Below, piece after piece: positions 13,384 through 25,700 of a DNA stretch of 64,000 nucleotides. The notes under the pieces were generated by a model. The model did not search any database. It was not told the origin of the DNA and saw only the letters and a list, made by a program, of their open reading frames with translations. The first letter of the stretch is position 1, and every line of letters begins with the position of its first letter. Position numbers and translations under genes: made by a program. The stretch covers positions 21,638,001 through 21,702,000 of the forward strand of contig OX597829.1 of NCBI GenBank assembly GCA_951406725.2, in the 5' to 3' direction. This DNA comes from Octopus vulgaris (lineage: Eukaryota).

Positions 13384-15370
13384 TAATATAATCACATGTA
13401 GTTTATTAAGCCCTTGATAAACAACCACACTCTATGCTTGTAATGAACACTTTTGTAAGCATTGAGTTTCTGACATTACTACTCTGATATATTATTTCAC
13501 TTAGTATCTGGTGTTTCTGACCAGGATACTTAAATCTCAGCAACTGACTCCCATTTGTTACACTGTGACCGATGCTTTCCATCAACCATTAACCCTCACT
13601 TCAGTTCTACTCATACTTTGTAGTTGAGCAGTCAGTTAATAGTAAGAAGGGTTTCCAACTAGAAAACAATTGCTTTAGTAGATGTGAACTTCTACAGATG
13701 ATGATGATGATAATAATAATTTTTATTCCCATTTTATTTCCTGGATTCAACAAATCTCCTCCAACACATCGTCCCATCACTAGTTATATTCCTTTGTCAT
13801 CTCTTTCATGAAATCGAACTTTCAGAGATCAGCTTTCACCTCTTCTGCTTGTGTCTCTTCCTTGGTCTTTCATGTTCCACATGAATCCTATGGCACTTTT
13901 CCCTCCAAATGCCATCATCTGCTCACATTATGCGTCCATACCAGTATAGATGTCTCTTATATGCAGTTTTTCTCTCAGCTCATCTGTGCCTCATTGCTCC
14001 TGCACATTAACATTACTCACCCTGTGGGGGGTCATGCTTGTTTTGTTTCTTTCTGACTTTTGCAAATCTTTTACATTCGGTACCTACGTCTCACTATTAT
14101 ATGCAACATTACAATACAGATTCCTCATTTGTATAAAATCCCCTACAACTACTTTGTCATTTACTCCCTTTCCTACTCCTCCTCCTGCCGTAAAATCTAT
14201 GTGCACTCATCCTGCAACTGTTATGATAACTCTCTCTGTATCTCTCTTTCTTCCTCTCTTTTTTTTTTTGCTCTCCCTCCTGTGTATGTGATGTAAGGAA
14301 TGACTGGACAAACCAACCAACCAACATTTATATTGCCTATTAGTGTATTGCGATGTGGTTGATTTACTATTTCTGAAATAAAAAAAGCAGGATGGTCCTA
14401 ACTGCAACATTTATCTGATCAGTGTTGACCTGTTCTTAAGCAACAACAACAACAACAACAATAAAAGCTCCAACAAAATATGAAACAGAAATTTATCCCA
14501 TCCATACAAGCACTGAAAAACAAAAGTGGTTATAAACAAAAACTGTTTTTGTTTACATTTTCTCCAAATAAATTTTTTAACAGAATTCCTAAAAAAATTG
14601 CAGTGTTATATTTTTTTTTTCTTTTCTTTAAGTTGCATTTTTAATATTTTGCAGTTCTATCACACCTGTAACTAAAGTTGCATTTGAAGCATTACCAGAG
14701 CTAAGTGCTGAGGATAAATATTCGAATGTAAGAAATTTTTTCTGCAGTGATGATTCTTCAGGTAAAAATCTTTACCATTATCTTTCTCCTTCTCTGATGA
14801 TTTGGTCATAATTTTGTAATTTAATAAATAATGTTCATGTAAAATATAAACTGTCAGAAAGGAAACAATAGAAGTTTAAGGTTGTTGAAGGATTCCCATA
14901 AAGATGTGTAAAAGGGCCAAACATAAATGTATTCTCAACTTATACCTTTGATTATTCTGAGCACTGGGGTAGATGTAATCAACTCATCCTACTGAAATTG
15001 CTGGCTTTGCACCAAAATTTGAAATCTCTAATATTTCTATTTGCATATTTGTATCACCAAAGTTTCCTTGGTTTACATCAGTGCCATTTTTTGATAGTCT
15101 ATTAATTCTTGTCAAACCTTTCATTTAGGCTTGATAGGAATTAACAGACCATCAAGATTATTAGGTTTTTTGATTGTAAAACAAAGGTTTTATATTTAGC
15201 GTAGGAGTGGCTGTGTGGTAAGTAGCTTGCTTACGAACCACATGGTTCCGGGTTCAGTCCCACTGCATGGCACCTTGGGCAAGTGTCTTCTACTGTAGCC
15301 TTGGGCCGACCAAAGCCTTGTGAGTGGATTTGTTAGACGGAAACTGAAAGAAGTCTGTCATATATATATA

Positions 15371-15404
<34 letters not shown>

Positions 15405-18400
15405 ATGTATGTATGTATGTGTGTATATATGTTTGTGTGTCTGGGTTTGTCCCCCCAACATTGCTTGACAGTTGATGCTGGTATGTTTACGCCCCCGTAA
15501 CTTAGCAGTTTGGCAAAAGAGACTAATAGAATAAGTACTAGGCTTACAAAGAATAAGTCCTGGGGTCGATTTGCTCAACTAATGGTGGTGCTCCAGCAAG
15601 GCTGCAGTCAAATGACTGAAACAAGTAAAAGAGTAAAGAGATGTTAGAATGTGAAGAATACATTGCAAATGAGAGGTGTCAAGAATTTCAGTTAGGTTCG
15701 TGAAACATTGCCATTGAAGTCAGTCAGAATTGAAAGACAAATTGTGAGGAATAATTTAAGGACAAACTGGCAGGTTAAGTTGTTACTCCTGTGGTGGTTA
15801 AGTTTTCATTTATTAACCGTTTAATATTAAACTGGTCATATCAGGCCCAAATATTCTACCTGTTTTATGCTCAAACTAGCCATATCTAACCTCTCACTCC
15901 TGCTCTTCAATGTCATTTTAAAAATAAACGATCACATCATTAGGATCTCAAAGCCTCAAGATAATGTATGATTATTTTAAATTAATGTGAATCTCACCTG
16001 GTCCCCGTGCCGGTGGCACGTAAAAAGCACCACCTGACCGTGTCCGTTGCCAGCGCCGCCCCGACTGGCCTTCGTGCCGGTGGCACGTAAAAAGCACCCA
16101 CTACACTCACAGAATGGTTGGCATTAGGAAGGGCATCCAGCCTTGGAAACATTGCCAGATCAGACTGGGCCTGGTGCAGCCTTCTGGCTTCCCAGACCCC
16201 AGTTGAACCGTCCAACCCATGCTAGCCTGGAAAGCGGACGCTAAATGATGATGATGATGATGATGAAATGAGCATTACATTTGACTGAATAATCTGAATG
16301 CTAAAGGGTTAAACCAATCTAAACCATAGCAATCAATGATTAAGTATTACCAACCAACTCATAGTAATCCCTCTCTCTCCTATTCTTCCATCATTTGAGA
16401 GGGCTCTTTATTCTTGCAATCTATAGACAACCTCACTAGTACTGATGCTATGACTGTACCCAGGGTACTATGTAATGTGGTTGATATTAGGAAAGGCATC
16501 CACCCTGGCCACCATCTTGATCTTACAGCTCCGAGTGATTACATCCAATCTGTTGGATTAAGTTAAAATGTGTAACTCATGCCAGCTTGGAGAATGGATG
16601 TAAAATTGATTATGATGATGTCTGTGAATGTATGTGTCATAATGCCTGAGTGTGTGTGTGAATTTGAATGTTTAAATACTTCAATAAATGCCAAATAATT
16701 ATTTCTCTGTTTGTAACATATTTACCTATGGAAATATTCATATGGCTTGTTTCAAAAAATTAAAATTATTTCGTTATCCTAATACCTTTTCCTGCAATAC
16801 AATGGTCATGGTTACTATTATAAGTATGCTTAAGGCAGCAGACCCTTTAGCATGCCAAACAAAATACTTGGCTGCAATTCATCCATTGTTTTCATTCTGT
16901 GTTCAAATTCTGTCGAGGTCAACTTTGCCTTTCATCCTTTTAGGGTCAATAAAATAAGTACCAGCTGCATACTGGGGTCGATCTAATCAACTGGCCCCCT
17001 CCCCAAAAATTTCAGGAGTAGAAAAAGAATAAAATAAGTACCAGTCATGTCGCCGGTTGATGTAATCAACTTCCCCCTCCCTTCAAAAACTGCTGGCTTG
17101 TGCTAAAAATTTGAAACCATTATTATAAGTTTGTTAGTTTAAATCTATGAATACTCTGTAGTGTTTCTAAGTAGGACTCTTAAATATGTACAAGTTGTTT
17201 GTCTTAATTGAAGAAATACATATCAGATCTGGTCTTGGGGTCTTGCTGGAGAAGACAATCAGGATTCTCTCAGTATGTGGCTTGTTTGGAAATGTATAAG
17301 GAAACCTCTAAACAGTTGCTCATCTAGCTAGAAACATCAGTTTATTATTCCTCAAATCACACCCTGTTGTCTTAGGAAATTAATATAACAACAGATAAAT
17401 GTGATCCTGACTGTGCTGGTGTCTAAGAAAAGGGTTAATGATCATAATATTGATTATAGACCTGCCTCTGGGCAACAGGATCACTTAGAATTATTTTCGT
17501 CTTAATTGTTAATTTATTTTTAATAGGTAGATTATTAATTTATTTTTTAAAAATATAGTTTCTTTTTTTCATAAGTCATTTTTCTGAAAAATTTTCTAAA
17601 TGTATTTATAATTTCATTTTTATAATTTTCTTTCTTTCTTTTTTTTTTATTTTTAAGAATTTTTAGATAGTTTTGAAATAGTAAAAATTATTTACAAGTT
17701 TTTGCATGAAACTATAATTTCTTTTTCAGGTACCTCAACAAATAGCTTTGATGATGATTACGATGACTTCAAGTCTGCTGACAGTAAACCAAGTGATGAC
17801 ACCAGCCAGTTCAGTACTTCTGAGCAGTCCGAGGGTGAGGACTTTAAAGCCCTCGATCTTTATGTTGACGATTTTAAGAGCCGCCGAAATATGCAGCAGG
17901 TTCCCTCCCCAAATTTATCTTCCACGCGCAGATCTTTTAATTTAGGGGATACCGTATTTCCAAGCAATCCCCAAACCCCTCCCAAAAGCCCAATTCCAAC
18001 CACTACCCCTTCTGGAGAAATAGTTCCTCCTTTATTAAGTAAACCCCCGGGAGCAAATAATTTAGCCAGCACTGTAAACGTTGGCTCATTTGCCAACTTA
18101 AGTTCAATAAAGGCACAGAAAACAGAGGGATGCACTGAGTTCAAAACGGCAGATCTTAACGCAGTGGAAGATGAATATTCTGACTTCAAAGCCGCGCCAA
18201 TAATACATTCTATGAAGAAGGAGATTGAAATGGCCACCAACCAGTTAGACAAATATGCAGTCTTCAGGCAATTAAACTACATCGAGGACGATTTGCAATC
18301 CACGTCTCTCTCGAGTGCATCATCTACCTTGAACCAGAAGTCTGATAGCACATCAGATGATAGTAGACAATCGGGTGACCAGAACACCACTGAGAATTGG

Positions 18401-18558
18401 GCAGATTTTCAATCAGCTCTACAGCCAGGTAAACATTGGTCAGCACAAAGGTCTTTGTAGGACTAACTTACTTTGCTGTCATAACTGTCACTACTTGCAT
18501 AGTCCCTTCTCCCACGGCTCACTACTTAGACCTTTTTCTTTTCATATCTCTACTTCCA

Positions 18559-18603
<45 letters not shown>

Positions 18604-21600
18604 GTATATATATATTGTATCTGCTATGACTCTCTCTCTTTCTCTGATCTTCTTACTCAGTTCATTTCTTTTTAACTTACTTTCACATTAAGTCTATCTT
18701 TTCCCTAAATGTAGTATTTGCTTCAGTTTAGTCTTTTGCCTCACATTTATTTATTTTTACTCTTGCTTTACTTTCTTCATTAATTTCATCATTTGCTTTA
18801 ATCATTTTCTTACAACATTCTTTGTGATTTATTTAAATTTTTTTTTTACCATTTTCGAAAATCTTTCTCTTTTACTTACACCATAACATTTTTTTCTTTC
18901 TTTTTATTTAATTCTCACAATTTCCTTAATATTTCTCTTTTTACTTCTTTTAATTTCTTCCTCTATTTTCATTTCATGATATGATTTTTTTTTAAAAAAG
19001 ATCTGGTTTTTTTTTCTATTCCTTTTCCACTTGGGCTATTGTACATCTCCACTTCTTCCACTAATGTTCTCCGTCCTTATCTTTGGCAAGGAACAGCAAC
19101 AATGGAAAAACCAAAAAGACAAAAAAACTTGTTAGGTTCTTATTAGCTATAATTAGAGAAAGCAAAGAAATAGTTCACTTGCTCCTAGATTTAAAATCTA
19201 AAATTTCTCCGCTTTCCTCTCTCTCTCTTTTTCACTTTCCTCAGTGTATCATTCTTCTTCTGCTTCATAAAATTAAAATTCTACTTTTCTTCTAGCACAA
19301 TTCACTGTAATTGCTTTCACTCACCCTGTACAGATGTGCTTCCAGTCATTCTTATTTATAAGTTTTGTGTTGTTTTATTTCATTTATAATTTTTTAATTA
19401 GTTTTCACTTATTAACTTTATAATAACCATTAATTTATTTCATGTTATTTAAGAAATATTTTTCATTATTTGTTCGTTTATTAAAATAATATTCAGCAAT
19501 ATTAATTAGTAATTAGCTTATTAATTTGTTTCCATTTTTAGTCGTAATTTTTTTTTCCCCTTGTTCTTAATTCATAGCATCTGAGAATATCTAGATGATG
19601 CTATTGATTTTGTTTAACTTCCAAAAGTGTGATAGATGTACATTTATGAACATACACCTATCCCTTTTTACTCTTTGTACTTATAAAATTAAAAGAATTA
19701 GTTGTTTTCATCTTATCAGTTTAGAGATCTAAGAATATTTCTGCTCTGTATTATATTAGGAATACCTACAAAGCACCCCTGTTACCTACTTTTTATAAAT
19801 ATGATGTTTTAGGAATGGTAGATGAGATGTTATTTTCTGTAGGAAGCTGTAGTTTTATCATGTGCCACATTACTTCTTACTCCCAATCATTGATGTGTAT
19901 GGGTACCCCTTCATATAGGTTTATTAATTCAACACTCATTCACTGTGACATAATTACTCTGTGCTTATTCTATTGTTATGTTAAAAAGAATTCACTGTTT
20001 TCTAGTCTAATAATGTCTAAGTTTAACTATTAACAATACCAATTTAAAATATCTTTTGTTCCATGAGGAGCCTTAATATGGGCTCTCATCTTGCTAGAAA
20101 TAATAATCAAATCTCACTCAAATCGCACCTTTTTGCCTGTAATAAAGATAGGATAATCATAGCTGGAATGCATTTGATCACAAATTACTCAAAATTAGAC
20201 CTAGCTTTAAACAACAGCTTTTTATTCAAAGATTATATTCCTGACAACTGAAACTTTGAACCTTCCAGAATTAAAAAGGAAGGTTGATGAATCGGTGGTT
20301 GATCATTCTTGGCCAACCTCACCTCATTTATTTTGGTCATTGAGCCTTTATCATCATCAGCATAATTTTACATCCGTTTTCCATGCTGGCATGGGTCAGG
20401 CAGTTTGATAGGAGCTAGCAAGTCAGAAGACTGTGCCAAGCTCTATCAGCTTTGGCATTGTTTCTATGGCTGGACGCCCTTCTTAATGCCAACCACTTTA
20501 CTGAGTGGACTGGGTGCTTTTTATGTGGCACCAGCACCAGTGAGGTCACCAAATAACTTACAAGACAAAACCTCTCAAGTGAGTGAGGAGTTGTGTTGAG
20601 GGAAGTAGCTTTGTGCCTGGTGATGAGAGGGTAGAGTATGAATAGAGGGACAGAAGCAGTAAAGGAGATACATGGTTACCTCGGTTGGAAAGAGATAGAA
20701 GAGAGAGGGCAGAGAAGGTGAAGATGTGATGGTGGGGGTACACTTAGGTTACAGAGTGGTGTATATAAGTGAAGGCTCAACATCTGGAGATCATTTTCCT
20801 CCAGTTTCCTCCAATGCGTTCCTGGGTCATCCTCTTCCAAAACGCCATAAACAATAACACTAAAGAATTTGAATTTAGTTTTTAAATGTTAAGGCAATTC
20901 ATTTAGCAGCTTTGCTCTACTGGAGAGAAATATAATTATCTTAAATTAGTATATTTTATTTTAAATTATTTTTGTATCTTTTCATTTTGTTTTATTTTTG
21001 GTTCTATTTTTTTTTTATTACATTTTGCTGGAAGTGCAACACATATACATGGGTTTTTTTTTTTTAGATATTGCTATTGGTGTTGCCTTTTAACTTGAGT
21101 AACTAGAGCTGTCAGTAAATCTTTGTTGTCTTCAAACTCACAGTCTAATGCCTGTCACCTTGCAGAATGCAACAGTAAATAATTCACATGCATAATGACA
21201 ACTGTACATTTTAACTAAGGTTTTGTGTGAAAGAGAGAATGCATGTGGTGTCTGCTTTACGTTGGGTTTCTTTTTTTTTCTTACTGATATGTTGATGTTA
21301 TAGTTTTTTTTTTGTAGTCTCTCACAACATACATTTAGATATATTTATTGTAGTTTGTCTTACATATTAATGTTTCTATTGTTCTTAATGTCATCACTAC
21401 AGTTGATTGTTAAACATTCCCTTCATTGTCACTCTAGTTCATTGTTAAACATTTCATCACTGAGTTTTTGTTTTATTTTGGTAAACACATCACCTATGTA
21501 GAAAATAACTAAACACTTTATCACTATAGAAGAAAACTAAACACTACATCATCAAAGGTAGAGAATAACTAAACACTTTATCATTGGAGGAAATAGCTAA

Positions 21601-22720
21601 GCACAACATCACTAATGTAGAAAATAACACTTTATCACCATACTAGATAGCTAAACACAATAATGCCAAATTAGAAAATAACTAAACACTTTATTATCAC
21701 TTTATTAGATATCTAAATGAGGGGAGACCCCCTTCAGTCATGAATGACCATAGGATTGCACCTAGAAAGTTACTCTCCGAGATACAAGTCCGGGCAAGGT
21801 TGTTTATGGAAGGCCAGTAATTGCCCATGCATACCAGCCTCCCCTCTCCACAGCACTGATGTTATCCAAGGGAAAGGCAAAGGATCCAATGCAGCTTGGC
21901 ACCTGTGATGTCGCAACTCATTTCTACATCTAAGTTAACTGGAGCAATGTGAAATAAAGTGTCTTGCTCAAGAACACAACACGCAGCCCGGTCTGGGAAT
22001 CGAACTCACAACCTCACGATCGTAAGCTCGATGCTCTAATCACTGAGCCATACTAGATCAAAACTAGCATAAAAGTGAGAACTTTTATCAAATCTGTATT
22101 AGATGACAAAATACTACTTAATTAGTATTGTAGATAGATAACACTTCATTGTAGTAAGCTAAACACTACTTAATTACTATTGTTGACAGCTAAACACTAC
22201 AATAGTCAATATAGTAAATAACTAAATACTACATAGTCATAATTGTTAGCTAAACATTAAGAAATAATCCTCTCAGCTTCAGAACTCTTTATAAGGACTT
22301 TCATTGTTACATTCATTTTTTATCTCATCATCATTCATAGCTAATTTATTCCTTCTGTTATTAATTCGTTTATCATTTTTCCCTGTTATGATGTGTCTTT
22401 AATTATTTTATCTGTGATTCATAAATTTCATTAAGCTGGGTCTTGTTTTAGGATCTGGCTAATGATGGTATTTCATCTATCTTTTAAATTAGCATCTTCT
22501 TACTTACTACACCAATATAATATTCATTTGTTCTTTTAATCATCACCATCTTCACCATTATTCTCTTTAGCCTCTACTCTTACTTTTACTATGCTCGCAA
22601 TATTCAGACATATCTGGCTGGGTTAAACTGAATTTAAAGTTATTATAAAGTGTTAGGGAACCCTATTATTGTTGAATTTATAAGAAAAAAAAAATGAACC
22701 TTCTCCTGCCTCACCTTCAT

Positions 22721-22751
<31 letters not shown>

Positions 22752-25700
22752 TTTTTTTAAAGTTCACAAACTAGCTGTGATGTGACATCTTTGGAAAGTA
22801 ATTCGTCAATCCTTTGTCCACAAAGATGTTTGAGACCACTTGGTTATTGATATAAGACTGTTTCTTAGCTGCTTTACTCACCGTCTACTGAATAAAACGT
22901 ATATTGATAAATGCTACAGTTGTTAAGAAAGTTTTGCCAACAATATTCGCAAAAAATACCGTTTTTAGAGAAACTCCGTCCAAGAATCCTTTCTCCCTTA
23001 CCATTCTTTCAATATGTGAATTAAATCACAGGGAACTGCGCTTTGACATCTGGCTTATTTCCTGTTGCATTTTGTATGAAATTTTAATTTTTTTGTGTGG
23101 GTTTGGGTGGTTGGCTAACTATTTTATCTTTTTTTTTTTGTATATTTTTAACAATTTATCTATTATTCTGTTGTTGTAAATTTCTGATTGCACTTATGAT
23201 CTATGTATGTTATATATGTTGTTTGTAAAAAATCTTTTCTCTTTATTTTGTTATTATTGTTGATAGATAATTCTTAATTAAACAATGTAATTTATAAAGT
23301 AAATGTTTAATTTGATCATAAATCAATGTTGATTCTTAAATTAAAAAAATGTAATTACCTTAACTGAACCAATATTAAATGTAAACTATTGTCTACATAG
23401 ATATTTACTTAAGTAATTTCATTATCAGCAATTGTTTGTAAAATACCTTTGTAAAATATGTTTAACATACTTTTTTTAGTAACACTTGTCTTGGTTTTTA
23501 TTTACATTTATTTACCAAATTGACAGTAATAGCAACTAAATTTATGTTTGTGGTATTTATTAAAATATGGAATAGTCTTAGAATAAACTAAAAAGCTTGC
23601 ATCTAATTGTGTTATTAAACAAAATTTTCAGATGCTGCAAGGTCAACTTTGCCTTTCATCCTTTCAGGGTTGATAAAATAAATATCAGTCGAACACTGCT
23701 ATTGATATAATCGACTTAACCCTCCCTACCTCAGAATTGTTGGCCAAAATGTGAAGCCAATTTTAAAAGACAAAAATTATCATTAAAAAAACTTTTATTT
23801 GCATCAAGATTATCATATCTATGTTACATCCCATACTTTCTCACTGAATAAGTAGTGCCTATCTAGCCTGCTCTAAGCAGAATTCAGTCCAATAACACAT
23901 CACATTTGTTCCATTGAGGCCTGAAATTAAACAAAGAAATAATAGGACAAATTTGTACTTAAAATATTTTTAATTATATAGATGGCACTATACACCTAGA
24001 TGAAGACTTCTGAGCCATTGAAGGAGCAAAATATTTGTAGTTGATTGACTTGATAGAAATAACAGCCAACTACCCTCAAAAGAAGTTACTCTTATTGTGT
24101 GTCTAGTAGTCCAGGCCTGTTTAAATAGTTTCTGTAGTTGTTGGAGTTTATTCAATATCAAGACACCTGCTTTGATGCTTGAGGATGAAGTTGGCCAATA
24201 ACTTACCTACAGAACTCATCTATTCCTTAAGAACTTGGTATGTATGTGTAGGTGTGTCTGTAAATGAGTGCGTGAGCTCCTAAGAGCTGACACTCACTAA
24301 TTCTCAAGAAGTGTATATTCAGCCCTAACTATTTTCACCTTACTGTGAAACTAAAAAATTATTTTTAATTAAAATCGACATTAAATGAAGATTCTAGAAA
24401 CAGTATTATCTTTCAATCTTCTAGTTTCATTTCTCATAATTTTTGTTGTTTTTGTCATTATCTATTAATTTCTTATATTTAAATTTTAGCACTAAAATTC
24501 AATGTCTGAGATGGGACTGTCTATAAACTCTTCAATGAATTTTTTTTTTCAATATTTACATCTACATTATGTTTCAATAAGTTTGATCTCCAGTCACAAT
24601 CAGGTGTCTTATGTTTGAATTTATGCATTGCACATACTCAAGTTTGGTACTATGTCTGTGTATATATGTATATATTTATAAATAATAATAACATTAATAA
24701 TCCTCGGCTGGAATTTATTATTATTACTATTACTACCTTTCCTTCATTGGACACTAAACTCTGCTTGCGAAGACCTGTTGAGGCAAGTGAAATCGAAATC
24801 AAAATCAAATTCGTTGACTGGCATCTATGCTAGTGGAGCACTAAGAGCAACATCCGAGCGTGATCGTTACCAGTGTCGTCTTACTGGCACTTGTGCCGGC
24901 AGCACGTGAAAAAATATTCAAGCGAGGTCATTGCTGGTGCCGCTTGACTAGCTCCTGTGCAGGTGGCACATAAAAAACACCATTTGAGCGTGGCTGTTGC
25001 CTGTACTGCCTGGCTGGCCCTCATGCCAGTGGCATGTAAAAGCACCCACTACACACTCGGAGCGGTTGGCGTTAGGATGGGCATCCAGCTGTAGAAACTC
25101 TACCAGATCAGATTGGAGCCTGGTGCAGCCATCTGGCTTGCCAGTCCTCAGTCAAATCATTCAACCCATGCTAGCATGGAAAGCAGACATTAAACGATGA
25201 TGATGATTACTACTACTACTACTACTATATTTATCCCACATTATATTGGCACAGCTTGGTGTGACCCCAAAAAAACTGGATTGCTGGTTGGTATGATTAG
25301 GTTGTAGCTGTCATGATAGAACAGAAGCTTTTGTATGCATACTAAGAAATATAATAATTTATAAACTTTGGAAATCCATTAAAATATATTTTATACTGTT
25401 AATCACTATGCTATAGATAGATTAATGAGTGTTAACATAATGAATGTGGTGAACCTGGAAATTTAAATTGATCAAAATTTCACCTTTAGTGATGAGAAAA
25501 AAGTGAAAAAAGACCCAGCTTCCTAGCATCATGATCAAACTAAGAGAGACAGCTCTGAAATTTAAATTAAAAATTAAATGATCGATTGGTAGAACTGTTG
25601 GCGCTTCAGACAAAATGTCTTGTGGTATTTCTTCTAGCTCTTTACATTCTGAGTTCAATTCCTACCAAGGTCGACATTGTTTTTCATTCTTCAGGAGTTG

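Noticed and set aside
12723-13391. 222-aa and 125-aa ORFs
   Set aside because: They are translations of a 27-bp minisatellite and (CT)n, with no splice or homology support.
15198-15270. tRNA-like heads as real tRNA genes
   Set aside because: They run on into SINE bodies, occur in many decayed copies and lack a clear cloverleaf.
17860-18252. Antisense and alternate-frame ORFs over SYNRG exons (also 7982, 26633, 27349)
   Set aside because: They are shadows of real coding exons.
22452-22467. 16-nt AG..GT-bounded micro-exon
   Set aside because: It gives an in-frame stop in phase 1 and its length is not a multiple of 3.
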